The translations under genes were made by a program, and so were the position numbers. Under the pieces are notes generated by a model. It saw only the letters and a list, made by a program, of their open reading frames with translations, searched no databases and was not told the origin of the DNA. From Lepidodermella squamata (taxonomy: Eukaryota > Animalia > Gastrotricha): DNA of 64,000 bases. Where the stretch lies: NCBI GenBank assembly GCA_047495785.1, contig JBLDXI010000015.1:5084001-5148000 (forward strand), in the 5' to 3' direction. Below are positions 52,251 to 63,864 of the stretch, one piece after another (the stretch's first letter is position 1; each line of letters begins with the position of its first letter).

Positions 52251-55200
52251 CTAGCTGTCGGGGTCTTCACCGGGCACGGCCTGGCAGTCCAGCACAGCTT
52301 TTACAAAAACATCTATGGAGGCTGGCAGGCGCGCGTCGGCGCTCTTTTTGCGCTGCTGCGCATCGTTAAGGTGGATCAGGCCGGCCACAGCACAGGTGTG
52401 AATTAGAGCCTCAAATGTTGACAATATGCTAGAGTTGACGGTAAACACCAGACAGAAAGTAAGCGACAAGGGCACGGCGTACAAGTGTGGCCAGCCGTCA
52501 GAGGCCGGCGCGAGCCACGGCGATGACAAATAGGCGCGGCCGAGCGGGATGCTGAGCGCGCACAGGGCCAGCATCAAAACATACGTGAAGCACGACACCG
52601 TCCAGATGAAGTGCAACAACCGATGTGTGATTATCCGCTTGTCTCGCAGCGCCTTCTCGGCATCAACCGCACCGTTATCCTATTTTACAGAATTACGAAG
52701 GGGCTAAAAATTGATTCTACGCAAAAATCTATACACGACAAACCTGTTCGAAACTGATCACAGGTTCGGGAGGACCCTTAAGCTTGGCTTCCTGGACCAG
52801 CCTTTCGAAAGATACCTTATCAATACTGAGATTATCCTCCTCGGCTCGCATTGCTTCGAGCTGCTTTCTCAACCGCTGAGTCTGTAAGCGTGTAGCAGCA
52901 ATCATCGCATCTTGCTCCGCCACTTGACGTTTCATATCTGATAATTTTTCATAAAGACCGCAACAGATTACAAATAATAAAATGGTATAAATTATACCTA
53001 GATCTTCTGTGCGAAGTTTTTCAAGCTCGGCGCTAAAGTAACAAAAAAATATTATAGTGCAAGGAATAATGCGAAACGTTTGATTGGCTTACGTGAGGCC
53101 GTCCACTTCTGTTAGCAGCGGCTTGATGCGATTTCTTTCGAGAGCGAATGCGGTAAGAGCATCCAACTGAAAATGAGAAAACAACGATTATGATGAATCC
53201 CATTGAAGCAAATTGGTTTTTTACCCAACGATACAGTAAAGCACACGTTTTTGATGCATGATTGACTTTTTCATAGCTGAACTGCGGTTTCGAAAAGAAT
53301 TTTTCTCGAATTTGGCGGCACTGTTCTACGCTGACTGTCTCGGCATCAAGGCGGAACAATGACGGCAAAAACGAATCCTTGACGATGAATACGCGCAGCT
53401 TTTCCCAATCACCCTTGGCATCCTTTTCACCGGCCAGACTCGCCACAGCCTCAATTGTCATCTTCACAGCATCAGGCGGGTTGGTCATTTTCTTCAGCTC
53501 GAAGACGCGCTGTTTATCAAGAGAGTCCTTCATCTCACGCTTCGACTTCTCGAAGTCGGCTAGAAGCGTATTCAGCAGGTAACGAACTTGCGATTGCTTC
53601 TCAGAAAGGCTCTTCTCTTTGAGCGCTGCCATGTCGCGAATGACCTTTAATTGCGTCTTCTTCTCTCGCTGCTGTTCTTCCAGTCGCTGTAGTTCGAGAA
53701 TCTTACGCTCCAGCTCTTGAATTTTGCCCTGGACGTCCTGCAACTGTTTCTCAGTTCGCTGCAGCTTCTCGTGACTTTCGTCGACGGCCGAACAGATCGA
53801 GTATCGGACGCTCTGCGAGCTGGTCGCCGTGATCACCGAGTAATTACTGACACTCTCCGTATCATCGCACTGAATATTTCTGTCGCTGAGCTGTTCGAAT
53901 ATGCTGCGAGCGCGAGAAAATCCCATTGAGCCGTAATAAGTAGCCACGCTGAGGACAGCCTCTGACAACTGACTACCGCCACAGCAACCACAGCAGCACG
54001 CACCGAACGTGGAACAAGAGAAGCCGATCAGACGGCCCATTCGGCTGAATAGTCGCAAAGCTCCATGGAAAGCGACGCCGAAGAAGCCGGCGTTGAAGCA
54101 AGAACGTGAATCGCACGCGTGCTCGCGGTAAGATACCTGCTGCGATTGCTGGAAGTTGAACGCGAAAAACTGGTGCCAAATATGAGCGGCTGTGCTCAAA
54201 TAATGTTGAGCGACAATTGCTTCACCTATTATAAGCCATAGGATGGTCCAAAGGGCGATCAAAATGATCGCTAGAACTTGAAATCCGTAACTGGCATCAC
54301 CGTTTGAGAACAAGCCTATTGATAAATATTCATCTACAACAATAATAATGTTGCAAAGTTATAAACAATGTGCTTGAAAGAACACGTTACCGAGAAATAC
54401 AGCTATGTAGTAACCCAGGAATAGCATGAATAACTGGAACACGACAAGAGCCTAGAAAAGAAGAATAAAAATAAAACTTGACTTCCATGTCATATTCGAA
54501 CCAAGCTATTGATGAACGTGAAGACTTGCAGTTTCGCCAGCGTACTCCGACTGACTAAAAGATGAATTTTGATAGCTTCAAAGATCTCTGAACATCCCGC
54601 AAACGATTTGAGGACGGCAGCCCAAATGAAGAAAGCTGCTGGAGTCTATTGGAAATAAATAACCTATTAGCTGCCGGAAGATACCACAAGGCAAAACTAA
54701 CGATGATAAAAGCGACAACGGCAATCAAACCCCACGTTGCAACTGTGTCGACAGCAATGAACATCGGAGGAATATTGGGCAAGGTTTTCGTGACATTTTC
54801 GACTATTCGGTTCCGACCGCTCACATTGAAAGCAGTCGAGTTGATATTGCGCTGAATTCCGTTGGGAGTCGAATTCTCAAAAAATCCCAAAACTGCAAGT
54901 GAAGCGATAGCACCAGCTTACAATGAAGAACACGTTCGTAAGTCATTTCGCAAAGGCTTGGAGCAAAATTATTTTACCGAAAATTAAAGCCACGAATACA
55001 GTCCAAAGACCCCAATGGGCCCTTCGACAATGAAGAAGAATCGCCAGTACCAAATTAGCGATAACTAATTAGAAAAATTAGAATTTTGATGCGTGTGTTC
55101 AAGAATTATTACCAGTCACTGTTAGGATGGCTATTATCACGACACCGATGTACCAATAGTTGACAAGAAGGGTGACCTGCCTTGGCGTCATAACCGCCGC

Positions 55201-55968
55201 CATCCATTTTAAGCCCTGTGAGACGTTAAGATTCGTTTGTCCAATGCAAACGCCGTACATTTGACTGAAACTGTCCAGTGATCCAGAAAATATATAATGG
55301 CTATTTATGGCTTGAAGCTTGAACTCACGAATTGGAAGGTGCCGAGCTGTTTGCTGGTCTCGAAAAACAGCTCGTGGATACCCTTCCGCTCGAATTAGAC
55401 GACGTGCAAAACCAGCCGGCTTTGGGCGGGCAGTTATCGACGCATGACTTGGTGTACGTCCCAGTTGGAGAGAACGATAAGAGCATGTACCTAATAATAT
55501 TTAGCCCCCATAAATAGCGTTACACTTGGTTGCGAAGAAGCCCACCTTGACCACGTTAAATCGACCTGTGAAGTTACGGTTTTCGAAAATTGCGATAATG
55601 CTTTGCCACGATTTCCGCAAACAAAGCCATGGTCGTCGATTCCCACAAGTAACGCATTCAAATCGCCAATGAATATCGTCGCGATGCCAATAGTTAACTA
55701 TTGAAATGTATGATGATGTGAGTGGGGATTTCTATGAAGAGAAGGTTAAATTATAACAATTATTACTTACCGCCAAAACTAGAACAACTCCAAAGGCCGA
55801 AAAACAAGTAACATCGCCAATTTTGCTGTCTGGATTTTCAAGGTCCTTGCTCCCGAGTTTGCTGAGTGCTTCATCGCTGCTCGACTTGGAACAGGCAATG
55901 CTGGAGGGTGAGCGCTTGAGTAGGGGAAAGTCCTCCTTCAATTGCTGTTGTTTACACCAAAAAATCAT
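52251..55968 (-). CDS. SLC44/choline transporter-like protein with an internal dynein heavy-chain stalk and microtubule-binding domain
   Basis: CTL motifs in order: GDVTCFSAF, GDLNALLVGIDDHGFVCGN, CVDNCP, CCCGCC..ATYYGSMGFSRARSIFEQLSDRNI, and the final two TMs ending STFEALIHT. The dynein-like segment (about 52770-53775) is in frame across GT-AG introns. Confidence 0.82.
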
Positions 55969-56601
55969 ATTGGCTTTGGTTTAGACTAAATTGCGTTCTT
56001 ACTGAATTGTTATTTATCATAATGTGTCTTTCGGCTATTTATGATCGGTTTATTGCGATGAGAACGCCGGGACACATTGTCCGCGACGTTGTTGCTGACA
56101 AAAAGAATTAAAAATCTACGTTTGACACATGCTGACGAGAAGAAAACAATTTTATAGCCATCGACAATGCAGCGCGGTGATAGCTCATTAGCAATGACAA
56201 AATAATTTTTGCCCGCAGACTGCACCACATGGTAAGTACTGCGCATGATAGCAAAGCATTAGGCGCATCCAGCAACTACGCCTGCAGCTGAATAATCGTA
56301 CGCGAACCCGCGCTCTCTAATATATTGTAGCATACCGACCTGCGTTATCATCCGTGAGATCCGTGACAAAGAAACATGTTAGCCCAAGTCGATCATCACT
56401 AAGCGTGTGAATCTTTGTGCGAACATCGCGTTTTTTAAGCGGTTTTTTACCAGCGCACGAACATCTGCGTCTATCCTCATCGATTTTTCGCCGTAAAATA
56501 AAGCGGTAGTAACTAGCGGTAGTAACTAGCTTACTAGCGCCGCAACAGCGCTAGTAAGCAAGAGTTAAAGTGTGCTTCGAACGCCGGTGAGTCACATTTT
56601 C

Positions 56602-56627
56602 CATGTGACGTAGATCTACGTCACATG
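56602..56627. promoter_or_regulatory. Perfect 26-bp palindrome with paired E-box/CRE-like sites
   Basis: CATGTGACGTAGATCTACGTCACATG; regulatory role is inferred only. Confidence 0.4.
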
Positions 56628-57732
56628 ACCTTTTCAATCAATTAAAACCCTGCCGGTTGCAAATCATAATTCTAGGATTGACCAATGACCAATGGCGCTT
56701 CGTGTAAATGCTCGCAAAATGACTGAAAATGGCTCATCATCGAGTGAAAATCAGATGTTAAGGTTGTTCAAAGTTACAGTAGTAATACTGGTTCTTGAAA
56801 TAATCGTTTGTTTCAATGCAAAGCATATAACAGAAATCCGCCCGCCTTCAGACGAATCTTGACGAATCTTTTACAGTTAAAAATAAATGAGCGGCATGGA
56901 TCCTACGAGATTGCCTAAACATGGACGGGAGGCTAATCTTTGTTGACAATATCGCGAATGTATCGAAATACACCTTACGATCTCGTGAACTCTTCCAAGA
57001 GAATTTCAAATGACATATTTCGATCAGTATGAATACCGCTTTAAATCGCCTAAATAGCGCTAACACCTGCATATGATATTTTATATTGTTGCATAAGTGA
57101 CACGTTACATGTTGTGGCTAAGTGATCGCGCCGAGAGCGTCATAAAAGATAAAATCAGAATACGATGCAACTAAACAAAAGCGTGTTTTCAATTAGCGTT
57201 GGTTATAGTTCAGATGTTCTGATTTCGTATTTAAAAAGGTAAGGCAAATTCTCATTAGCATAAAAGCAAGTTCGTACGCAAAACTTGCGCTGAGTTCGAG
57301 TAGCAGCTGCGACTATTTGTTTCGAGTTATTTCTGTCATCAAAATTAATGACCCATCAAGAACGCATTGATGGCATCTTTAATGGTTTCTCAAGGAATAA
57401 TTTTCTGAGAAAGAATCGGGCGTTCGTACTCTTGGAACAGCAGAACGCAGGTGCAAGTATGTAAATCTCTCTTCTCGACAAATAACCAGCAACCAAGCAG
57501 ATAAAATATTATTTGAAATACTTAAGATTAACAAGTGATCAACCTTCAACGCGAAAGGCCATGACTCGAGAAAATTTTGTATTATACGAAAATTTTATTA
57601 CTTTTTTCAATTAGATTTGCTATCAGCGGTAGACAATTGAAAATGACGAGTGGTACGAACTTGACCACAAGTTTGATAAGAAAGAAACTGTATCACGAGT
57701 CAGCAAATATTGCAGCATTCCAATTATTTATG

Positions 57733-58900
57733 TCACTTCTTTTGGGCGATGAGCACAGCAGATGGAGACAAGCCGAGGTCGGCCAGACTTCGTTCCATGT
57801 CTTCTTCCGAATAAACTTTCCGTCCCTGAAACGGGCACATGAGTTGAATGGCTGTTGGATCGGAACCCATGGCAGGTTCTTTTACTAGAACGAGACATCT
57901 CACGGCGGCCAGCGGTTCTGAGCTCTTGAAAACTTGGGAAAACTGTCCCCCAGAGGCAAATCGAATCTGCAGAGATTGCATTTAAGAAAAACAGAGCGAA
58001 ATAGAGAAAATATTTCTTGCCTGTAGCCTAGCTTCTGCAGCGTTGGATTTGACGGGCTGAGCAGCAGGGGCTGGGACGGTTTCAGGAACAGGAGCTGCTG
58101 CTGCTCCGTTTTTCTCACGCTCCAGACGAGCTTTGCGATCAGCTTTATCGCGCTCGATCTGCTCCAAAATGCGCTGTTTTGCCAAGGCGTCCTCACGCTT
58201 TTCTCGCTTTTTATCTTCTTGAGCCTTTTTAATCTCAGTCTCGAGCATTTGCTGCTTGATATTGCTCAGGTTCTTCGCAGCGGCACGGCGCTGAATCCTA
58301 AATAATAGGAAATAATTAGCAAATATCCTAATGCCAAAAGAATATGTAATTAATGCCGGCGAGTGCGATGTTATGTTTTTACATATGTGTGCTTAGTGTC
58401 GCAGTGATAGGTATATACTGTCTTCCTATCTATTTGGGATTGAACGAATCGGATCGGAAAACTCACTCTCGCTCTCGTTCAGACTCTTCTTCCTCTTGTA
58501 GTCGCTTCGTTCGGCGTTCGACTAGTAGCTGTTGGATACGATCGGCTTGCTGTTTCTTCTCCTCGGCAGAAAGCGGTTTTATTTCCTCAGTACATTCGGC
58601 AAAATTTTCATGTTGCGTCTTTAAACCGTGCAACTCAGCAGCCGCAATGCTCTTAAACAGTTTACCGCAGTCTTCACACTTGAGAGACTTGGCGGCACCT
58701 CCTTCTTCCATTACCGTATCATTGTCGTAGTCGTCTACTTCGGCCTTCTTATCAGTGGCATTCGAATCGCCGTTCTTCCTTTCAAGAGCCCAGTTTATAG
58801 CAGCTTCCAAATTGTTGGAGGTGGCAGAGAGGGCCGATTTCGAGACATCCTCCGAGAACCCCATTTGCACCATGAAGCTTACACTCTCCGCGTCAGCCAT
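57733..58900 (-). CDS. UBXN1: UBX domain protein 1 (UBA, C2H2 zinc finger, coiled coil, UBX)
   Basis: MVQMGFSE..ALSATSNNLEAAINW, CEDCGKLFKSIAAAELHGLKTQH, RILEQIERDKADRK, LADLGLSPSAVLI. Confidence 0.88.
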
Positions 58901-61424
58901 ATTATTATTGGATTAAGATAATCGCGCAAAGCATATAAGGTACCTACAATCGTAGAAATCAGCATTTAGAGCAAGAATTAAAGTTATTTGCGATTATCAT
59001 GGCGGCTTGAAAGAGAACCATAGTGAGGGGAGATCTTTCATTCATCGCATTCCCTGACGGTTTTTTCACATTACAGAACTTGCCAGCGTGTCTTCGAACA
59101 GCTTGTCGTACCTTAGCAAGGCTGAAAAGCATGCTATTCCGCTTGTTAAAGCTGAAATTAAGGTACTGAGTTAGCCTGGAATAATTTTCTGAGACAAAAC
59201 CATGTACCGCTAGCCAACAAACTTATCTCTGTTCAAGAATTCCTAATAAATTGGAAGAAGTCAACAAGCAATCTACAGTTACTTAATAACTAACACGAAG
59301 CTTGTGATACAAAGGGCAAAAGGGGCGCTAACACACAGGAATCGGCCCAAAGCGGGGGCGTTAAGTGCGCCTGATTGCACCTTCAGTGATTTGATAAAAA
59401 ATCGAATTGCCTCAAGACGACTCACATGCGGCTGATTACTAATACGGCCTTTCTCGCTGCCCGCCTAATTCAACTCGGCCTACGGCTATTCTCATGCTGA
59501 GCCTGTGGGATTCCATGCACAATATGCAACAAGATCATTCAGAACCAACGGATGGAACGAGTAAACAAAATGATTCAGAGGAAGAACGAAATCTCGAGAG
59601 AATGCATCCCAGCCAATTGGGACTAGACAATTGCTGAAAGCAGATGAATTGCCAAACGTTGTCATAAGGACCATATGTGCGCGACGGAAACCTTATCACG
59701 CCTATTACGCCCGAATCATTAAGGATTCGCTGTTCTGGTGTGACAATCCCAGCAACCCGTTTGTCGCCAATACTTGAATGGAACCGGCGTGTGGATTACA
59801 CGGAACCTGCCCGCATTCGTTTCCGATAGTCTCTAGTCTCCTGTCCCCTGTCATGTATCATTCTCAGCTGCTTTCGTACATGAGCGTAAAAAAACTGTTA
59901 TCTCCGCAACCTCCTCTAATTGTGGGGGCACGGTCGTGCCCTCCCGAAGAATGGAGAGAGGGTTGGGAAAGAACAGCGGCGAAAAGAGAAATGGCCAGGG
60001 AAGAGGAAAAAAGGCACACCGTCAGCCCCCTATATAATAAGGTCTACGCAGAATAGAAGAAAATTGGCAAAAGTGTACCTACTTTGGGTACTTATTACAA
60101 GGCCTTAGCAGAAGATATTTTCGAAAAGAATTATACCAGCATGTAGCTAATATCCCCAGCTGTGTAATGGTATAATTTATTTGCAAAGATTCTACAGGTA
60201 ACTTGTTGTTTTGTGTCACCGCGCGAAGTCAATTTTTACGTGGTTCCTTAAAAAGTGTGGACCCCCCCCCCCTCAGTGTGTAAACGCAAAGACCGAGCTA
60301 TAGCGGTTGAGTGAGGGGACGGATTTCACACCGACGAAAAATTTAAAATTTTGGATTTATAATTAAAATATAAAAATATAAATACTTCCATAAATTAATT
60401 TTTGTTTTGGCGCTATTTTATTCAAACTTGCAACTTGCGCGCGCGCTTCGAAACTTGCAACTCCTTGTCAACTCAGACACAGTTCCAGGTTCGTTCTTTG
60501 AGGGAACCGCTGGTTTTCCATCGAGTTTCTCGCAAACAGACATTAAACCTTACGTCATAAGAGGCAACTTTGCTTCGTATAACAACAAAATACCTATTCA
60601 TCAATTTCGTAATAAGTCATCAAGTCCTATTTTGCATGCGACGGCATCATGGGGACCGACGAAGCCTGCACTACGGACTTTAACTTCTTCAAGAACTTAC
60701 GTAATAGGTACTCACTTATGTGCATATGAATGGTTTGATAAAATTGAAATATGGAGTTTCTGTGAAGAATTATCGAAATGTGGAAGAAAGAAGTGAAACA
60801 CAGTGATGTCGCCGGTTTATCGAGGGTTGAATTCTGAACCCCTCTCAATTATTATCACATGCAAGATAGCGCAGCATTATTCCTGATGTAATTAATGTCG
60901 AATAAGCCGGGGATGTCAGGGATCATCGCTGCTTCAACGAAGGGGCGTCGTCCATCCAGGGGGTATCGCTCTCCTATCTGTTCCTTGTATCGGATATCGG
61001 AAGGAGCTACTGTGCCTTGATATCATAGGTTGTATCCAATATCCAAATTTGTGAGAATCTTAGACCATCTTCAGACTGATTATCGTGAAAATACCTTCAA
61101 CTAAGCTCGCATCACAAGCTATTAACTGGGTATATTCGAAGAAATATGGTTCATTGAGCACCAAAACCGACCCGAGAAGCAAATAATACACAACCCAGCG
61201 AGCGTGCGCAGCACGCGAGCGCTAAATTCGAGATCGCCCTCTCTGCAAAAAGTCGTTCTTCGACACTAAAAATGTAAGGTTTCGCTTGAGTTCGCATACC
61301 TTGATCTCGATTTGTCATGCTCAAATTCGCGACAGCGAAATTGTAACACAGACAGCTTCAAGATGAGAAGAAAATGCGGACAGCTGCAAATAGCAAGGCA
61401 ACTAGCTTCATGAAACTGCATCAA

Positions 61425-62756
61425 ATTCCCTACAAAAAAGCTCCGCGTTGACTGTAGAGCCGAAGAATGAAGAGTCCCGATACCATTCTGCCACAACTAG
61501 CAAACTGCATCAAATCCCGAGATGGCGCTTGCGCGCCATCTTTTTATCACTCGCCATTCTGAGCGGCGCTTCTTGTTCATTAACCTCGTCAGCCTTTACA
61601 CTTTTTTTATGAGGCCAGATGTTGAAACTAAAAGCAAGAGTTTGCTGGTGCCCAGTAAACACTGTAGCTACTATATTTTTTCCGAATTATATCAAGCTGA
61701 TAATTGAAATAACTGCAGCTCCTCGGATTGTAACAAAAACCGTAATAACCAATTGTCACAACTTCATGATCCGATGGCATATATCCTGAATCACGTTTTA
61801 TTTGCAGCTCAAGTAAATATTTCCCAGTGCTAGTGATTAGCGAGACGCACATGAGAGCTGTTAATGAGCTGAAATGAGCTGAAATGCCTGAACGCATTAA
61901 TGAATTGAGAGTAATCCAATATTTTTGATGTTCTGCGGTAAAGCTATATGTCGCCACTTCAGCTGCTAAACCTTGCCAATGTCGCTGATGTCGATAGGGT
62001 TTACTAGTTAATGATTGAAATTTTGCTAGCGCTAGCCTTAGCCGCATTGCAATTGCAGATCGAAATGTTGTGCTTCATTGATCAAAGATCGTCATGAACA
62101 TCAACTTCCAAACAGAAACTTGAGGTTTACTCAAACACAATACATACCTATTGATCAAACGCCAAATCAATTCATTAGAAGTTCTTTATTTATATCATGC
62201 ATTTTCAGTGGTTAATATTGTTACTTAATATTTTCGGATCAATCCTATGGTCACGCGTGCGCTATAGTGAAATATGAGGATGTGGAAATGTGCATGTGGA
62301 AAATGCAAACTGATCGGCTCTTAATTGTCAACATCAATTACAATACATTAACGGGGACGGAATCATCTCTTCATATTAATTCCGATAACATCTTACTGAA
62401 ATGCGATGAGACATATCATGCGGTTTCTCCTGAACTCTGATTAATGCATATCATCCTTCCCACAAGGTGTACAACATCCATCAGTGTAATATCGGAAGGA
62501 GTTACTGTGCCTTAGGAATATTTGGAATTAAAGGAAAAAGGGAAAGATCAACATGGCATGTTTATTTTTGTATTTCTTTCTTTATACTGTAATGACTCCG
62601 TGTCATGAGAAGCGCCGCTCAGAATGGCGAGTGATAAAAAGATGGCGCGCAAGCGCCATCTCGGGATTTGATGCAGTTTGCTAGTTGTGGCAGAATGGTA
62701 TCGGGACTCTTCATTCTTCGGCTCTACAGTCAACGCGGAGCTTTTTTGTAGGGAAT
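61425..62756. repeat. Perfect 149-bp inverted repeat pair (61425-61573 and 62608-62756) around a 1034-bp spacer
   Basis: Reverse-complement identity read along the arms; each arm contains the hairpin AGATGGCGC-N4-GCGCCATCT. Confidence 0.9.
61628..62047 (-). CDS. Uncharacterised ORF, possibly a claudin/PMP22-like fragment
   Basis: 139-aa ATG ORF with a hydrophobic stretch followed by IGYYGFC..SC, similar to the claudin-superfamily GLW..C..C loop; later TMs are absent. Confidence 0.25.
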   Translation of the reverse strand: MRLRLALAKFQSLTSKPYRHQRHWQGLAAEVATYSFTAEHQKYWITLNSLMRSGISAHFSSLTALMCVSLITSTGKYLLELQIKRDSGYMPSDHEVVTIGYYGFCYNPRSCSYFNYQLDIIRKKYSSYSVYWAPANSCF

Positions 62757-62917
62757 GGTCCTACTGCTCCTCATCGCTAAGTGAACTCAGGTTTCCGGGT
62801 TGTGCATTTTTCGCGCAAAAACTTGAACAAAAATTATCTTTATATGTATTAAAGACAATCATATTTTTGATTATTATAATATAAAATACTCTGTTGTCAT
62901 AGTAACAACGCTATAAA

Positions 62918-63103
62918 ATGCCATCATTGATATGTCACGCGCGAACAGTCCTACGCGTCCTACGCGAACAGGCCAAACACGACGCCATCATCAAGGCGAA
63001 TAGCGAACGAAAGAAAAAGGAACTCAACGCCTCTCTGCAGCCGCAGGTCGCGTTCAATCCGTACTCCAAAGCCGCCTTCGTCTACAACTACGTGCCGAAC
63101 TAA
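62918..63103 (+). CDS. Small uncharacterised protein (61 aa)
   Basis: ataaaATG context, upstream acceptor-like ctctgttgtcatag, strong C/G third-position bias inside AT-rich flanks. Confidence 0.55.
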   Translation: MPSLICHARTVLRVLREQAKHDAIIKANSERKKKELNASLQPQVAFNPYSKAAFVYNYVPN

Positions 63104-63513
63104 ATGAGTTTTCAAAAATTCTATTTATATTTTTCAAAGCCTATACTCAACCAAATGTAATATACTTTATTTTCTTTATAGCTCCGTCATTAAATTATCT
63201 TATATTGGCTCCGTGAATTACCTCTTGTAAATTATCTCTACTCTTGTAAATATTCCTCCAAACTAGTCTTTTGGTAGCTTTCTTGCTACGACGGCGTTTG
63301 TAGGCTTCGCTGAGTGAGTGGAAAAGCCACCTGGGCACTAATGCCTGGGCCCTGGAGAAACAGTCTGCAATAACTGGAGTACCAGGGGTAGGGATTTCAA
63401 TTATGTAGTTATTAAACCAGTTCAAACTTTCCTAGAGCGTAAGCTCGCGATTTTCTCACAAGCTCCGCCTTATGGTGAAAGCTTGAGTCCGTCAGGGCGA
63501 GGAGAAATCGTAA

Positions 63514-63543
63514 ATCCTGATCCTGATCCTGATCCTGATCCTG
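63514..63543. repeat. (ATCCTG)5 hexanucleotide repeat
   Basis: Five perfect units seen directly. Confidence 0.9.
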
Positions 63544-63864
63544 TCATCTGTAACGGGTGAACGTGATTATCGTGAGCCCGTTGCGGTTTCGCCTTGAGGC
63601 TAGGGAAGAGCAGGTTGCTTAGTATTCAATCGACTCGCCTGACGAAATGTGTAAATAAAACATAACACAATCCCTCTCAGATTCGGTGATCAAAAAGGAG
63701 TTGAGCTCAAGATCATCCTCTTCTCTGTTCTTTTCTCTTTTCTCCTTCAGACTAACCATTTGTTACTTGGAAAACCTTATGGTGAAATTTTATCAAATTA
63801 GGATTGAATCACCAGGTTACTAGCCAATTCTAGCTTGCAAACTGGCGCTGCTCGGCGGATTGGT

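Noticed and set aside
58297-58463. Longer UBXN1 intron with small hairpins
   Set aside because: Boxes and stems too weak to call an H/ACA RNA.
59849-60098. Possible solo LTR (TG...CA with a TATA-like box)
   Set aside because: No matching target-site duplication and weak terminal inverted repeats.
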